From the NCBI RefSeq assembly GCF_009914755.1, contig NC_060928.1: a stretch of 64,000 nucleotides of DNA. One strand, given 5' to 3'. The notes under the pieces are model-generated. The model was not told the DNA's origin, made no database searches, and saw only the letters and a program-made list of their open reading frames with translations. Source of the stretch: the human T2T-CHM13v2.0 reference genome, Homo sapiens. The translations under genes and the position numbers were made by a program. Of this stretch, positions 1 through 16,719 are shown one piece after another (within the stretch, counting starts at the first letter, position 1; the number at the start of each line of letters is the position of its first letter).

Positions 1-2045
1 ATTTTCCTCCAAGGAATGCAAAATCAGTGTAACATTTGAAAATCAATATAATTCACCATAGTAAAATGCCAAAAAATGACCTTCTTAACCAATATAATAA
101 AGTTGAGCAGAGGGGAGAAACAAAATATCATTAGACAGCAAAAAAAGAAATACCAGTGTTTTAGTTCACAGAAACATAACCAGCTATCTAGAATATCCTA
201 AGGAATCTATATAAAAGACTTTAGAAGTAATGAGAGAATTAAGTAAGTTTTCTGGATACAAAGTCAATGCTATCTACAGCAATTGATTCTATTTATTAAC
301 ACTAGCAATGATCAGCAAAAAATAATATCTTAATTAGTATCATTTACAGCAGCATTAAAAACCTGCAATAAGGTAGAAATATATTTGACAAGTGCAGTAT
401 AATTTTAGTACATTAAAAAGTACAATAAATTCCTTAGAAAAATTAAAGAGGATCTAAATAAATGACAAGATATACTATGTTCATGAGTCAGAATTATCAC
501 TATTCTTCAAATGTCAATTCTTCCCATATTAATGTATACATTTTAACATAATACCTATAAAAACCTCAGCAGGCTGCTTTGTAGAAAATGATGAATTTAT
601 TCTATAGTACATATGGAAATAGAAAGAACCTAACATAGTCAAAAACAATTTTGAAAAAGGACAAAATCAAAGGTCTTACACTATTTGATATCAATTTATA
701 TTACAAAGCTATAGTAATGAAGACTGTACGATATTGTTGTAAAAGTGAACACATAGGTCAATATAACAGAATATAATGCCCAGAAATATGCATATATATA
801 TATATATATATGCATATATATATATATATGCATATATATATATATATATATGCATATATATATATATATGCATATATATATATATATATATGGTCAATTA
901 ACAGTCAGCAAAATGACCCTTTTCTTACATTACATACATAAGTTTAGTTGAAATGGATTATTGCCAAATGTAAAAGCTAAAATCCTAAAGCTTCTTGATA
1001 AAACAAAAATTGTAAAAGATTTTAAAATAACACAAAAAGCATCAAAAAGGAAGAAAATCACTATATTTGGCTTTACACCATTTACAACTTTCATTATTTG
1101 AAAGATTCTTTTAGGAAAGTAAAAAGGCAAACCACAGGCTGGGAGAAATATTATCTCATGCCCAACAAATATATGGTATTATAATAATAGCATATGTAAA
1201 TTATCCTTACAATCTAAAATAACAGATTTCAATAGACACTGTCAAAGACGGTGTGTTGATGGCAATAAGCATGTGAAAAGAAGCTCAACATCATCAGTCA
1301 TTAGGAAAATGCCAATTGCTGCCAATTTATACCCACTGGAATGTCTAAAACTAAAAAGACTGACCATTTGAAATATTGTCAAGCATGAGGAACAACTGCT
1401 GCTCTCATCTCTCCTGGAGGGAATGTAAAATTTTACAAGCACTTTGGAATACTGTTTGGTAGTTTCTTAGAAAGTTACACTCAACATGTGACCCAGCCAT
1501 TCCACATTTAGGTGTTTCCTTAAAAGAAATCAAAGCGTACGTTCATGTAAGCATTTTTTGCATAAATTTTCAGAGCATCTGTATTAGTAATAGTAAAAAC
1601 AAAACAAAAAAACTCTAAATAATACAAATGTCTATCAGTAAGTAAATGGATAAATAAATTGTGGCATATTGATATAAGGGAATAATATTCAGATATTTTA
1701 AGTAAGTTAAAACATACAACATATAAATATTAAAATAATTATCCTGAGTGATAAAATGCAAACTAAATCAAACTACACAGTGTATGATTTCATTGATGAA
1801 TAATTTTAGACAATGCAAACTAATCTATAGTGAAAACAGTGTAGTGATTGCCTGGGTAGGAGGTAGTGGATCAAAGGATCTATTACAAATGGGTGAATGG
1901 AAATGTTTATTATAATGATTGTAGTGATATAGAAATATAAATAAATACATAAATAAATAATAAATTTATATGTAAACTTAGCAAGTTGTACACTTTAAGC
2001 ATTCGTAGTTTATTGTACTACAATTATACCTCAGTCAACTGTAAA
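1..2045 (+). mobile_element. Ancient L1M (L1MD/L1ME-like) ORF2 3' half and 3'UTR, highly decayed
   Basis: Degenerate L1 ORF2 motifs in order (ggatacaaagtcaat; tactatgttcatg; cttacactatttgat...attacaaagctatagtaat; ggataaataaattgtggcatat) followed by an L1M-type 3' end (caattatacctcagt). Confidence 0.8.
791..892. repeat. Compound (AT)n microsatellite, C(AT)10G / C(AT)8G units
   Basis: Read directly: units of 22,18,22,18,22 bp. Confidence 0.97.
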
Positions 2046-2599
2046 TATGAGAAGGTAGTAAACCTTTTCACACCAAATAGTAAAAGTTTCAAACTACTCC
2101 TTCTCAACCAGATAATAGCCCAATGGTCATGGTAAACAAATGAGAGTGAAAAATGAATCTCATAGCAGGAAGAACCTCCTGAGATGTTCTGTTTTCTCCC
2201 TGCTTTATACTGGTATAAAATATTATTATAATCCTTATTTCATAATGGAGGCCAAAAGAGCCAAGTGACTTGTGTAAGTCATTTATCAAAGTCTATAAAA
2301 GCCAAGACAGAAGTTAAGTCTTTAACTCCTTCTTATTCATGCCCACAAGTTACATTTTCCATTAAGCCATGTAACTAGAAATATCATATTATATTATCTA
2401 AATTCACATATTATATAATATTATCTAAATTCACATATCACAAGAGAAAGTCTAAAACAGAAAGCCACTTTTAAAGAAATTAGTAATGTTACCAGAAAAA
2501 AAAACATGAATCTGATATATGCACACTTTCATTTGTTTTTTTAAAGTTCCAATAACAAAATAAAATCATTTTTTGGATGTCAATATGGTTTTTCCATTT

Positions 2600-2890
2600 A
2601 ATAAAGGGAGGGTCCTTTGTTGAGGCAACATTTGAATAAAAATGGAGAGAAAGACTTATTAAGGGAGAGTAACTTAACAGTAAAGTATTCCAGGGAGAAA
2701 CAGACACACTGTGAAATAACTAAGTCCCAGAGGAGAAAGCCTGCTTGACATGTTCTGGAACAAAGGGACTGCTGTGACCAGAATAAACAGGGTAGCAGGA
2801 GTTGTAAATGGCTAGGATATTAAGTCTTACAGAGACAAGCTAGTATCTAGATCATATCAAGTATGGTAAAATATTTGGAATTTTATAGAA
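2600..2890 (-). mobile_element. L2 fragment
   Basis: L2-like tract (gaggcaacatttgaataaa...tattccaggga...gcctgcttgacatgttctggaaca). Confidence 0.55.
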
Positions 2891-3447
2891 AAATAAATTC
2901 CATTTGCATTCAAGTGGTCACTGGTCTAAATGTGACTAGAAAAAATATTCAACTAACATGTGCAAATGTGACAATGAGCTATCTTTCCTGAGAAGATGTG
3001 ACTCTTGAGACTGTGACCTGCTCATCTCTTAATGATCTCATAGTTCCAGGATAGTATGCGTCAGAATGATTGATAGTAGAAAATATCACCAACAAAAATT
3101 ATGGTTTCCATTTTCTGACATTAGTAATAAGAATGTATTATTTAACAGTAGGTGATACTTCAAATTACAAAGTATGTGTATTAATTACCAGGATTAAGAA
3201 TATAAGCTCTTGATCACAAATGACAACACATGCAGTTTGGAGAGATGCACACTTCTGTTTGATTGGCTTCAGGCTTTAAGCCAAATTTACTTAAAATCTT
3301 CATTAATAACAGTTAAAGAGTTTCCAAAAAATAAAAAAGAGCATCAGATAGTTTACGAAAAGGGATATGGGTGAAAACAACTTGAAAGTGATATAAATAG
3401 AGATACATGCATATAAGAAAAGGAACACAAGAATCTCCAAAAACTTA

Positions 3448-3493
3448 TGTTTGTTACTATATGTGAAATTTGTTTGTTACTATATGTGAAATT
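3448..3493. repeat. Perfect 23-bp tandem duplication TGTTTGTTACTATATGTGAAATT
   Basis: Two adjacent identical copies at 3448-3470 and 3471-3493. Confidence 0.95.
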
Positions 3494-3558
3494 AATGGAG
3501 AGCTTGATGAGTTATTTTTGGGTGGCATTAGTTATTTGCACGTATGCTAACATATTTC

Positions 3559-3672
3559 TGGGGTGACAAACCATTCCAGTTTGCCTACTGACTGTCCCAT
3601 TTTTAGCACTGAAATGCCAGCATTTAGGGAGACTCTTCCATCCTTGGAAACCCAAGATGGCTGTCTACTCTA
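3559..3672 (+). mobile_element. MER81-like hAT-Blackjack MITE
   Basis: 114 bp resembling the recalled MER81 consensus (ggggtgac..ccagtttgcc..gactgtccc..ttttagcactgaaa..) with degenerate terminal inverted repeats. Confidence 0.75.
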
Positions 3673-3719
3673 TTTCTAGTAATCCTGAAAGTGAGTGTGC
3701 TACAAATGGTTGTGAATAA

Positions 3720-4150
3720 TGTTTTTTTATTTTTGTTCAGAAATATTTTATACACAAAATAATATGTAATCTATCAGTAGTGTATAATGAATGGCACTAG
3801 TAAACCCACAACCCGCTTAAAACATTTGAAATTACTGCTCTCTTTAAAGTCACTGTGTTTCCTGTTCCTTTCCCACCCTTCTGCTTCAAGAAGTTATTGC
3901 TTTGATTAAAATTGTAATTAACTGCTTCCTGCTTCTCTTTTTCTTTTAAATATTTTTATCACAAATTTAACCACATCCAAACATTACATTGTATTGATTA
4001 TCATTGTTTTGGAAATCCTTACGATTAGTAACATACTGTACATATTTTTCTGGCAAACGTTTTTATGGTTCAACATTATACTAAATAACTTCATTTTACC
4101 ATGTGATCATCCCAGAAATATATTTATTCATTTTCATCATTGTGCACAAA
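3720..4150 (-). mobile_element. Old L1ME-like fragment (continues at about 10480-11560)
   Basis: Decayed antisense L1M 3' sequence on both sides of the MIR/L1PA insertion. Confidence 0.55.
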
Positions 4151-4456
4151 TAATAAAATAAACAGTGCTTATCTGGTACTCATTATTTTCCAGAAACTGT
4201 TCTAAGCTCTTTGTGTATACAAATTCTTTCTTTTCTTTTCTTTTTTTTTTTATTATACTTTAAGTTTTAGGGTACATGTGCACAATGTGCAGGTTAGTTA
4301 CATATGTATACATGTGCCATGCTGGTGCACTGCACCCACTAACTCGTCATCTAGCATTAGGTATATCTCCCAATGCTATCCCTCCGCCCTCCCTCCACCC
4401 CACCACAGTCCCCAGAGTGTGATATTCCCCTTCCTGTGTCCATGTGATCTCATTGT

Positions 4457-8311
<3,855 letters not shown>

Positions 8312-8347
8312 TTAGTTGATGCAGTTTCTTCCTAGTCTCTGTGGTCT

Positions 8348-9364
8348 TTACATTTTGGCATGATTTTGCAGTGGCTGGTACCGGTTGTTCCTTTCCATGT
8401 TTAGTGCTTCCTTCAGGAGCTATTTTAGGGCAGGACTGGTGGTGACAAAATCTCTCAGCATTTGCTTGTCTGTAAAGTATTTTATTTCTCCTTCACTTAT
8501 GAAGCTTAGTTTGACTGGATATGAAATTCTGGGTTGAAAATTCTTTTCTTTAAGAATGTTGAATATTGGCCCCCACTCTCTTCTGGCTTGTAGGGTTTCT
8601 GCCGAGAGATCCGCTGTTAGTCTGATGGGCTTCCCTTTGAGGGTAACCCGACCTTTCTCTCTGGCTGCCCTTAACATTTTTTCCTTCATTTCAACTTTGG
8701 TGAATCTGACAATTATGTGTCTTGGAGTTGCTCTTCTCAAGGAGTATCTTTGTGGCATTCTCTGTATTTCCTGAATCTGAACGTTGGCCTGCCTTGCTAG
8801 ATTGGGGAAGTTCTCCTGGATAATATCCTGCAGAGTGTTTTCCAACTTGGTTCCATTCTCCCCATCACTTTCAGGTACACCAATCAGATGTAGATTTGGT
8901 CTTTTCACATAGTCCCATATTTCTTGGAGTCTTTGCTGATTTCTTTTTATTCTTTTTTCTCTAAACTTCCCTTCTCGCTTCATTTCATTCATTTCGTCTT
9001 CCATTGCTGATACCCTTTCTTCCAGTTGATCGCATCGGCTCCTGAGGCTTCTGCATTCTTCACGTAGTTCTCGAGCCTTGGTTTTCAGCTCCATCAGCTC
9101 CTTTAAGCACTTCTCTGTATTGGTTATTCTAGTTATACATTCTTCTAAATTTTTTTCAAAGTTTTCAACTTCTTTGCCTTTGGTTTGAATGTCCTCCCAT
9201 AGCTCAGAGTAATTTGATCATCTGAAGCCTTCTTCTCTGAGCTCGTCAAAGTCATTCTCCATCCAGCTTTGTTCTGTTGCTGGTGAGGAACTGCGTTCCT
9301 TTGGAGGAGGAGAGACGCTCTGCTTTTTAGAGTTTCCAGTTTTTCTGTTCTGTTTTTCCCCCAT
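8348..9364 (-). pseudogene. ORF1: L1 ORF1p (RNA-binding chaperone), 338 codons, two premature stops
   Basis: ATG at 9364, natural TAA at 8348-8350. TGA at 9218-9220 (codon 49, CpG decay of CGA) and TAG at 8420-8422. Confidence 0.95.
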
Positions 9365-10263
9365 CTTTGTGGTGTTATCTACTTTTGGTCTTTGATGATG
9401 GTGATGTACAGATGGGTTTTCGGTGTGGATGTCCTTTCTGTTTGTTAGTTTTCCTTCTAACAGACAGGACCCTCAGCTGCAGGTCTGTTGGAATACCCTG
9501 CCATGTGAGGTGTCAGTGTGCCCCTGCTGGGGGGTGCCTCCCAGTTAGGCTGCTTGGGGGTCAGGGGTCAGGGACCCACTCGAGGAGGCAGTCTGCCGGT
9601 TCTCAGATCTCCAGCTGCATGCTGGGAGAACCACTGCTCTCTTCAAAGCTGTCAGACAGGGATATTTAAGTCTGCAGAGGTTACTGCTGTCTTTTTGTTT
9701 GTCTGTGCCCTGCCCCCAGAGGTGGAGCCTACAGAGGCAGGCAGGCCTCCCTGAGCTGTGGTGGGCTCCACCCAGTTCGAGCTTCCCGGCTGCTTTGTTT
9801 ACCTAAGCAAGCCTGGGCAATGGCGGGCGCCCCTCCCCCAGCCTCGCTGCCGCCTTGCAGTTTGATCTCAGACTGCTGTGCTAGCAATCAGCGAGATTCC
9901 GTGGGCTGGGCGTAGGACCCTCCGAGCCAGGTGTGGGATATAGTCTCGTGGTGCGCCGTTTTTTAAGCCAGTCTGAAAAGCGCAATATTCGGGTGGGAGT
10001 GACCCGATTTTCCAGGTGCGTCCGTCACCGCTTTTTTTGACTCGGAAAGGGAACTCCCTGACCCCTTGCGCTTCCCAGGTGAGGCAATGCCTCGCCCTGC
10101 TTCGGCTCATGTACGGTGCGCGCACCCACTGGCCTGCGCCCACTGTCTGGCACTCCCTAGTGAGATGCACCCGGTACCTCAGATGGAAATGCAGAAATCA
10201 CCCGTCTTCTGCGTCGCTCACGCTGGGAGCTGTAGACTGGAGCTGTTCCTATTCGTCCATCTT
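9365..10263 (-). promoter_or_regulatory. L1 5'UTR with internal sense promoter and antisense promoter (ASP fires on the + strand)
   Basis: The only CpG-dense stretch in the window; matches the L1PA 5'UTR. + strand donor-like sites CAG|GTGCGT (about 10016) and CAG|GTGAGG (about 10079). Confidence 0.85.
9820..9915 (+). pseudogene. ORF0: L1 ORF0, truncated at 31 aa
   Basis: Translates as MAGAPPPASLPPCSLISDCCASNQRDSVGWA*. A 5-bp duplication (TGGGC twice, 9902-9911) shifts the frame. Confidence 0.9.
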
Positions 10264-10897
10264 CCAGAAAGCCAAATTCTTTATTTTCTACAGAAAAAGT
10301 GGTAGAAATTATCATATCATTTTATACATGATCAAGCTGAGATACAGAGATTAAAAATTTAGAACAATTAGTGTAATATAGAAATACATTTGTAATATAA
10401 TAAAAATTAGTAGCAGATGTGAAATTCAAATCCATGAAATCTGACTCCAGAGGTTGCATTCTTATTCACTAAAATAGGGCATCATATTTTACTGTGTAAA
10501 TATATGACAGGTATATTTATTATCTTGTCAGTAGATATTTGGGTGGCTTATACATATTTTTCCTATTACAAACAATAACTCTATGAACAGTCTTATAACA
10601 ATTCTCATCCAAACAAATAAAATGTTCTGTAGAGAAAAAAGAGTCATGAAGTATGTATGCTTTTCAATGTGGATATACCAATTTATATTTCTACAAACAA
10701 CAAATTAAATTTTTCTTTCCCTATATTCTTATCAACCTACTGTGTTGTCACTGTTTATTTATTTTTGCCAAATTGTTGAAGGAATAATAATAACTTATTT
10801 TGGTTAAATTTGTGTTATCAGAAACTAAGAGACTGAACATATTTTTTATTGGCTAATTATGTGTAAGCTTTTGTAAAATTTTTATTTGTGTCTTTAG

Positions 10898-11173
<276 letters not shown>

Positions 11174-12900
11174 TAAATATCTTGCAAAAAATAATCTAAC
11201 ACAAAAAAACCTTCAGTTTTTCCTTTTCATTTTTAAAATTTATGATGATTTAATTAACTAATATTTCCAATATTTGTCATTAATAAAATCTGAGCTAAGA
11301 TGTCCTTTCCCACCCTAAAGTCGTATTTAAAGTTTTAATCCTCCTAGAATTGAGTTTTATTTATGGTCTGAAGAGACAATTAAATTTATTTTTTCTCCCC
11401 ATGTGGATAACCATTTTTTAAAATTTACCTTTGGATAATTACTGCTTGCTCTCACATATATTAAGTTTCTATAAAAATATAGATAACTTTCTTGGCTCCC
11501 TAACCTGTCTATTTATCTATTTAGGCACCAGCTTAAATCCCTTTTGCTGAAGTTTTATGTGATAGAGAAACAACCTTGCCTAATTCTCCTTCACTTTGTT
11601 TTTCTTTTTGGCTAAACACCTGCAGAAGTGATACAGATAAGTCTAGAGAGCTAAGTATCTGAGCAAGAAAGGCCTGGCAGCAGCAAGTAAAGGACACAGA
11701 TAGGAAGACCATATCTTAGACTGTGTCAATGGGCTCAGAAACCAGAGCTGGCTCAAAATGGTAAGGGTGACAAGGTTTGATCCAAACAGTAATAGAACAT
11801 GCTTATCACGATGAGATGATACTAGGCCTATTAGGAAAGAGAACCCTTAAGTATCTCAAACCTCTTTAGAGTCTAATAATGTTTTTTGTTACATATTTAT
11901 TCTTAATCATGATATTGCTTAACTTTTAAAATATATGCCCCTTAAGGAAGTTCTGAAATCAAGGCTCTTTTCTTCATAACTCTTGAGCATTTAATATGGT
12001 TTAGTTTTTAGGTTTAAATTTTGCTATTTATTGGGTTTTATGATTATAAAAAACTGAGAATTTACTATCAAATAAATAAGTTTAATTATATTTAACTATG
12101 CTTTTAACTTTCAAATATTTTTTTCTGTAAATTGAACTGGTAACCACTATTATTTGATCAAAAGACTCCATGGGGTCCTCTCCTGACTTATGTCTTAAAT
12201 GAATAAATATTTATGTCCTAATTTATACCCTTGAATATTACCATCTTTCAAACTTTCATCAGCCTGATGAGCCTTTCCAACTAGTCCAGCTTGCTTAGAC
12301 ACTTAGTACAATACCTTCATGTCAAATTGTGGGCAAAGTTAGGGAAGATGTACTGTCTTGGTTTTTACACATTAACCAGCTGAAGCTCATAATTATTAGA
12401 TTATTTCCCCCATAGCTTGCAGTATTTGGGTTTATAACCAAGTGCTTATCTAATATAATGCACAATAATAGACTCTAGTAAGCTAAATAATGAGAAGCCT
12501 TGGGAAATGGTATAAACTTTTGGATTCATGTTGGAAGCAAATATCAAATTTGCTGTAGTATTTCAATTTTGCCTAGAAGTAAAAGTTTCAAATATGAAAT
12601 AGAATGTTAGCTAATATTGTACTTTAATATGAATACAAAGAATTGCAAAAGAATGGGTGATATAAATGAAATGTATAGTTTTTATAAAATACTGTGTTTA
12701 TAAATTAAGTGTTAATAAATTTTGCATGAAGTAGTAAGAGTCTAGAGTTCCGTAAAGTGAACTGTTCTTGTATCCTTCAACCATTTATAAAAGTGAATTG
12801 TTTCCAATTTACCAGGAAAATATTCTTATTCTAAGAACTCAAGCTGCAAAAGAACAAATAGCATATTTTGGTAAATTTTCTCTTTTTTTTGTAGTAAATC

Positions 12901-13805
12901 TTTTCTTTTTTAAATTATACTTTAAGTTCTGGTATACATGTGCAGAATGTGCAGGTTTGTTACATAGGTATACACGTTCCATGGTGGTTTGCTGCACCCA
13001 TCAACCCATCATCTACATTAGGTATTTCTCCTAAGGCTATCCCTCCCCTATCACCCCACCCCTCAACAGGCCCTGGTGTGTAATGTTCCCCTCCCTGTGT
13101 CCACATGTTCTCATTGTTCAACTCCCACTTATAAGTGAGAACATGCAGTGTTTGGTTTTCTGTTTCAGTGCTAGTTTGCTGAAAATCATGGTTTCCAGCT
13201 TCATCCATGTCTCTGCTCTTTAGTTTAATTAGATCCCATTTGTCAATTTTGGCTTTTGTTGCCATTGCTTTTGGTGTTTTAGTCATGAAGTCTTTGACCA
13301 TGCCTATGTCTTAAATGGTATTGCCTAGGTTTTCTTCGAGGGTTTTTATGGTTTTAGGTCTTACATTTAAGTCTTTATCTATCTTGAGTTAATTTTTGTT
13401 TAGGTGTAAGGAATGGGTCCAGTTTCATTTTTCTGCATATGGCTAGCCAGTTTTCCCAACACCATTTATGAAATAGGGAATCCTTTCCCCATTGCTTGTT
13501 TTTGTCAGGTTTGTCAAAGATCAGATGGTTGTAGATGTGTGACATTATTTCTGAGGCCTCTGTTCTGTTCCATTGGTCTATATATCTCTTTTGGTACCAG
13601 TACCATGCTGTTTTGGTTACTGTAGCCTTGTAGTATAGTTTGAAGTCAGGTAGTGTGATGCCTCCAGCTTTGTTCTTTTTGCTTAGGATTGTCTTTGCTG
13701 TAAGGGATCTTTTTTGGTTCCACATGAAATTTAAAGTAGTTTTTTCTAATTCTGTGAAGAAAGTCAATGGTAGCTTGATGGGGATAGCATTGAATCTATA
13801 AATTA
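12901..13805 (-). mobile_element. 5'-truncated L1PA (about L1PA7/8) with an internal deletion of about 0.68 kb
   Basis: 3'UTR plus ORF2 end. The junction at about 13215 joins ...LIKLKS directly to the terminal ORF2 region. Confidence 0.9.
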
Positions 13806-14529
13806 TAATTTTACTCTATGGAAACATACAATTTCATCATTTTAAGTCCTTTTATTTAGGCATATATCATTAAAATCATACGAAATAAATTGTTTTAGTA
13901 TGACTTATAAAGGCAAGATTTCCTTGGAATATTGTCTGATTGAGTTGTGAAATAACTGAGGTGATGCTGGATAAATAAATTAAAAATAAGTAAAATATTT
14001 GTCTGAATTATTTTTGTTTTTATTATTTTGGCATGAATTTTCTAGAGTGATGAATATAATTAATATGATTAATTTTTCATTTGTAAAACTTTACCTTAGA
14101 TATGAACATTTTAAATACACACAGTAGCTTCCTCTTAGGAAAAATACCTTGTTACCATGCATAAATTAACCAAGATCCATATTATTCTTCCATTATCACA
14201 CAAAATAATTTAGTCTTCTTCACTAACTAACATCTACTCAGAACTCTAGTAATCACTTACAAATTGGGAGCTTTAAGGTTAAACTATGATGCAATTCCCT
14301 TTTGTGCATGTTTCTGGATGACAACGATAATGCTGTTGCTTATGATGATAATTATAATTTTTTAAATGTCAGCATTTATTCAGTAATAAAGTAGTAGGCC
14401 TATTTCAGATAACCTGTTTACCTGATCTGATTTAATTTTTATAATAATCAAACTAAAGATCTATCTGAATCCTGTATCTGAGAGATATGAGTACCTTAAA
14501 TGATAAAATGTAATGAGAGTGTATGTGTT

Positions 14530-14750
14530 TTCACATTTGCTGCAGTACTTATTATCTTCTTAGAGAACAAATTTTTTCACTTTATTGAGCAACTACTTAC
14601 AACCAAATTAGTTTGACGTATATTATTATCATAATGTATAAGCAAAAAGGCAAGGCTCAGTGGAGTAAATTACTAGTTGTTTAGTTACACAAGCAAGTAA
14701 TTACCCAGACAGGTTTCAAATTCATTTCTGACTTTCTTTGAACTCACTAT
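14530..14750 (-). mobile_element. MIR
   Basis: tttattgagcaactact..aggctcagtggagtaaattact..tacacaagc..ttcaaattc..ctgact. Confidence 0.6.
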
Positions 14751-14874
14751 ATATACTGCATTCTGGAATCAAAAGGGTTCAAAAAATATTGTTGCAAAAA
14801 TTTGAGACTTCATAAGTAAAAATAAGTGACTTGAGAAACCAAATGAAGACCTGTATCTCATATTAAAAAAATGT

Positions 14875-15154
14875 GGTGGGGCATGGTGGCTCAGGCCTGT
14901 AATCCCAGCACTTTGGAAGCCAAGGCAGGTGTCTCACTTGGGCTCAGGAGTTCGAAAACAGCCTGGGCAACATGGTGAGACTCCATCTCTATAAAAAGTA
15001 CAAAAATTAGCCATGCATGGTGGTGCACGCCTGCGGTCTGGCGGCTGAGGTGGGAGGATCACTTAAGCCTGGGCAACAAGGAGTGAGCCAAGATGTCGCC
15101 ACTGCACTCCAGCATGGGTGACAGAGTCAGACCCTATCCATCACCCCCAAAAAA
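14875..15154 (+). mobile_element. AluJ with small right-arm deletions
   Basis: Dimeric Alu with J diagnostics (gctcaggagttc, ggaggatcactt, agaccct). Confidence 0.9.
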
Positions 15155-15229
15155 TCATTTTGATATTATGGTCTTAATTTTTTGATACTGTGATCTCATT
15201 TTCATTTTCAATAAAGAATCTTCCATTGA

Positions 15230-16500
15230 CTTATTCACACAACATTTACTAGAAATGTATTTTGAGAAAGGCAGTATTTGAAACTGTGCATAAGGTGCTT
15301 ACTCTTGTCAAATATTGCTAAAATATCTTGTAAAATAAAACAATACTGGTGATTTTGTTAAATAGTGTTCTGCCTATATGTTTTTATATGTTAATGTAAA
15401 AACTGCAAATTCTCATTTTGAAAATACAATATACATCTGCCTTGAAGCGAATGATGCTGGTCCCTGATCAAACTGGAGCTTACAGTTTAGTTGGGAAGAT
15501 AGCCATTAATAAATAAAGCTTGAATATAAGCATTATAACACAAAGTAACAAATCCTGTAAAGTAGCCAAAGAGTACAGCATCAGGGAATTCCATGTAGAA
15601 AAGTGCCACCTAAGATGTGCTCTGAATGATAAGTAGAAGGAGTCAGTCATGGTAGAAGTGTAATAAGAACATGCCTAGCACAAAGGAAGCCTATAAGGCA
15701 GAAAAGAGCCTGGTGCCTTTGGTGAAATAAAAGAATACAAAAGAGGATAAAGGGAAGTTAGTTCTGAAGAGACTCACATGAGTATGAGACTTTCATGGTC
15801 TTACAGGCTTTATTATTAAATTGAAATTTTATTCTATATACAAGGGAAAGCCATTGAAGTTTTTTAAGGAAGGAAGTGATTGAGTCATATTAAAATAAAG
15901 CTTAGAAATTTTATAGGATGATAAATGAAGACACGATTTAGGTAGCTGTTTCAATATTCCAAGCTTGAGACACTGGTGTTTTGAACAAAAATAGTGGCAG
16001 TGAAAATGGAAAAATGTAAATAGAATACAGTCGTATTTTGAATATAGAATCACAGGAATTGAGCGTGTAGGGAGAAATATTTTAAAGATGTGATTTCAGA
16101 TTTGGGCATTATGAATTTCAGATGTCTGTGAGACACCCACATGGAATATCAAAAAAGTAATTGTCTGGGATAATCCAAAAAAGTAGCCTTGCCTGAAGAG
16201 AAAACTTTGGGACTCTGTAAGTGTAGAAATGATTTTTAAATCCCTAACAATAGATGGCATCACCAAAACCAAATTTGTGAAAAATGAGGAGTGGGACACA
16301 GCCCTGAGTAAACTTTTGATAAAGCTGAGCAGAAACCAGTAAAGAGAATTGGGGAAAATTTTTCTGAAATATAAGAAGAAAATTAGAAAAATGGGTTGTG
16401 TCATTATGAAATAAAATATCTAAAGTTAATGAGGGAAAGTTAACTAAAAGAAGAACATGAAGAATAGATGTAAAGTAAGGATAAATAACTGCAGCGAAGA
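15230..16500 (-). mobile_element. L2 (long decayed copy)
   Basis: Antisense tail ttattcacacaacatttact, then ggagcttacagtttagttggga, gggaaagccattgaagttttt and other L2 motifs. Confidence 0.75.
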
Positions 16501-16719
16501 AGTAGTGATATCCAAGAAACAAAAAGGACCCAAAAATGTTATTAGATTGAAGAATATTTGTCTCAGTGTCAAGGAGGATATTGTATCTATTATTCTAGTT
16601 ACTTGTGCCTCCCTGCCTTGATATATATAGAAAGGTTATGGCTATTACAGAAAGCAGCTTGCTGCTACTGGAGATGATGAAAGCTTACAAGGACAGAGCA
16701 CACCTACACTGCTACCTTG

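Noticed and set aside
709-897. 62-aa ORF rich in Y/I/H
   Set aside because: Translation of the (AT)n microsatellite.
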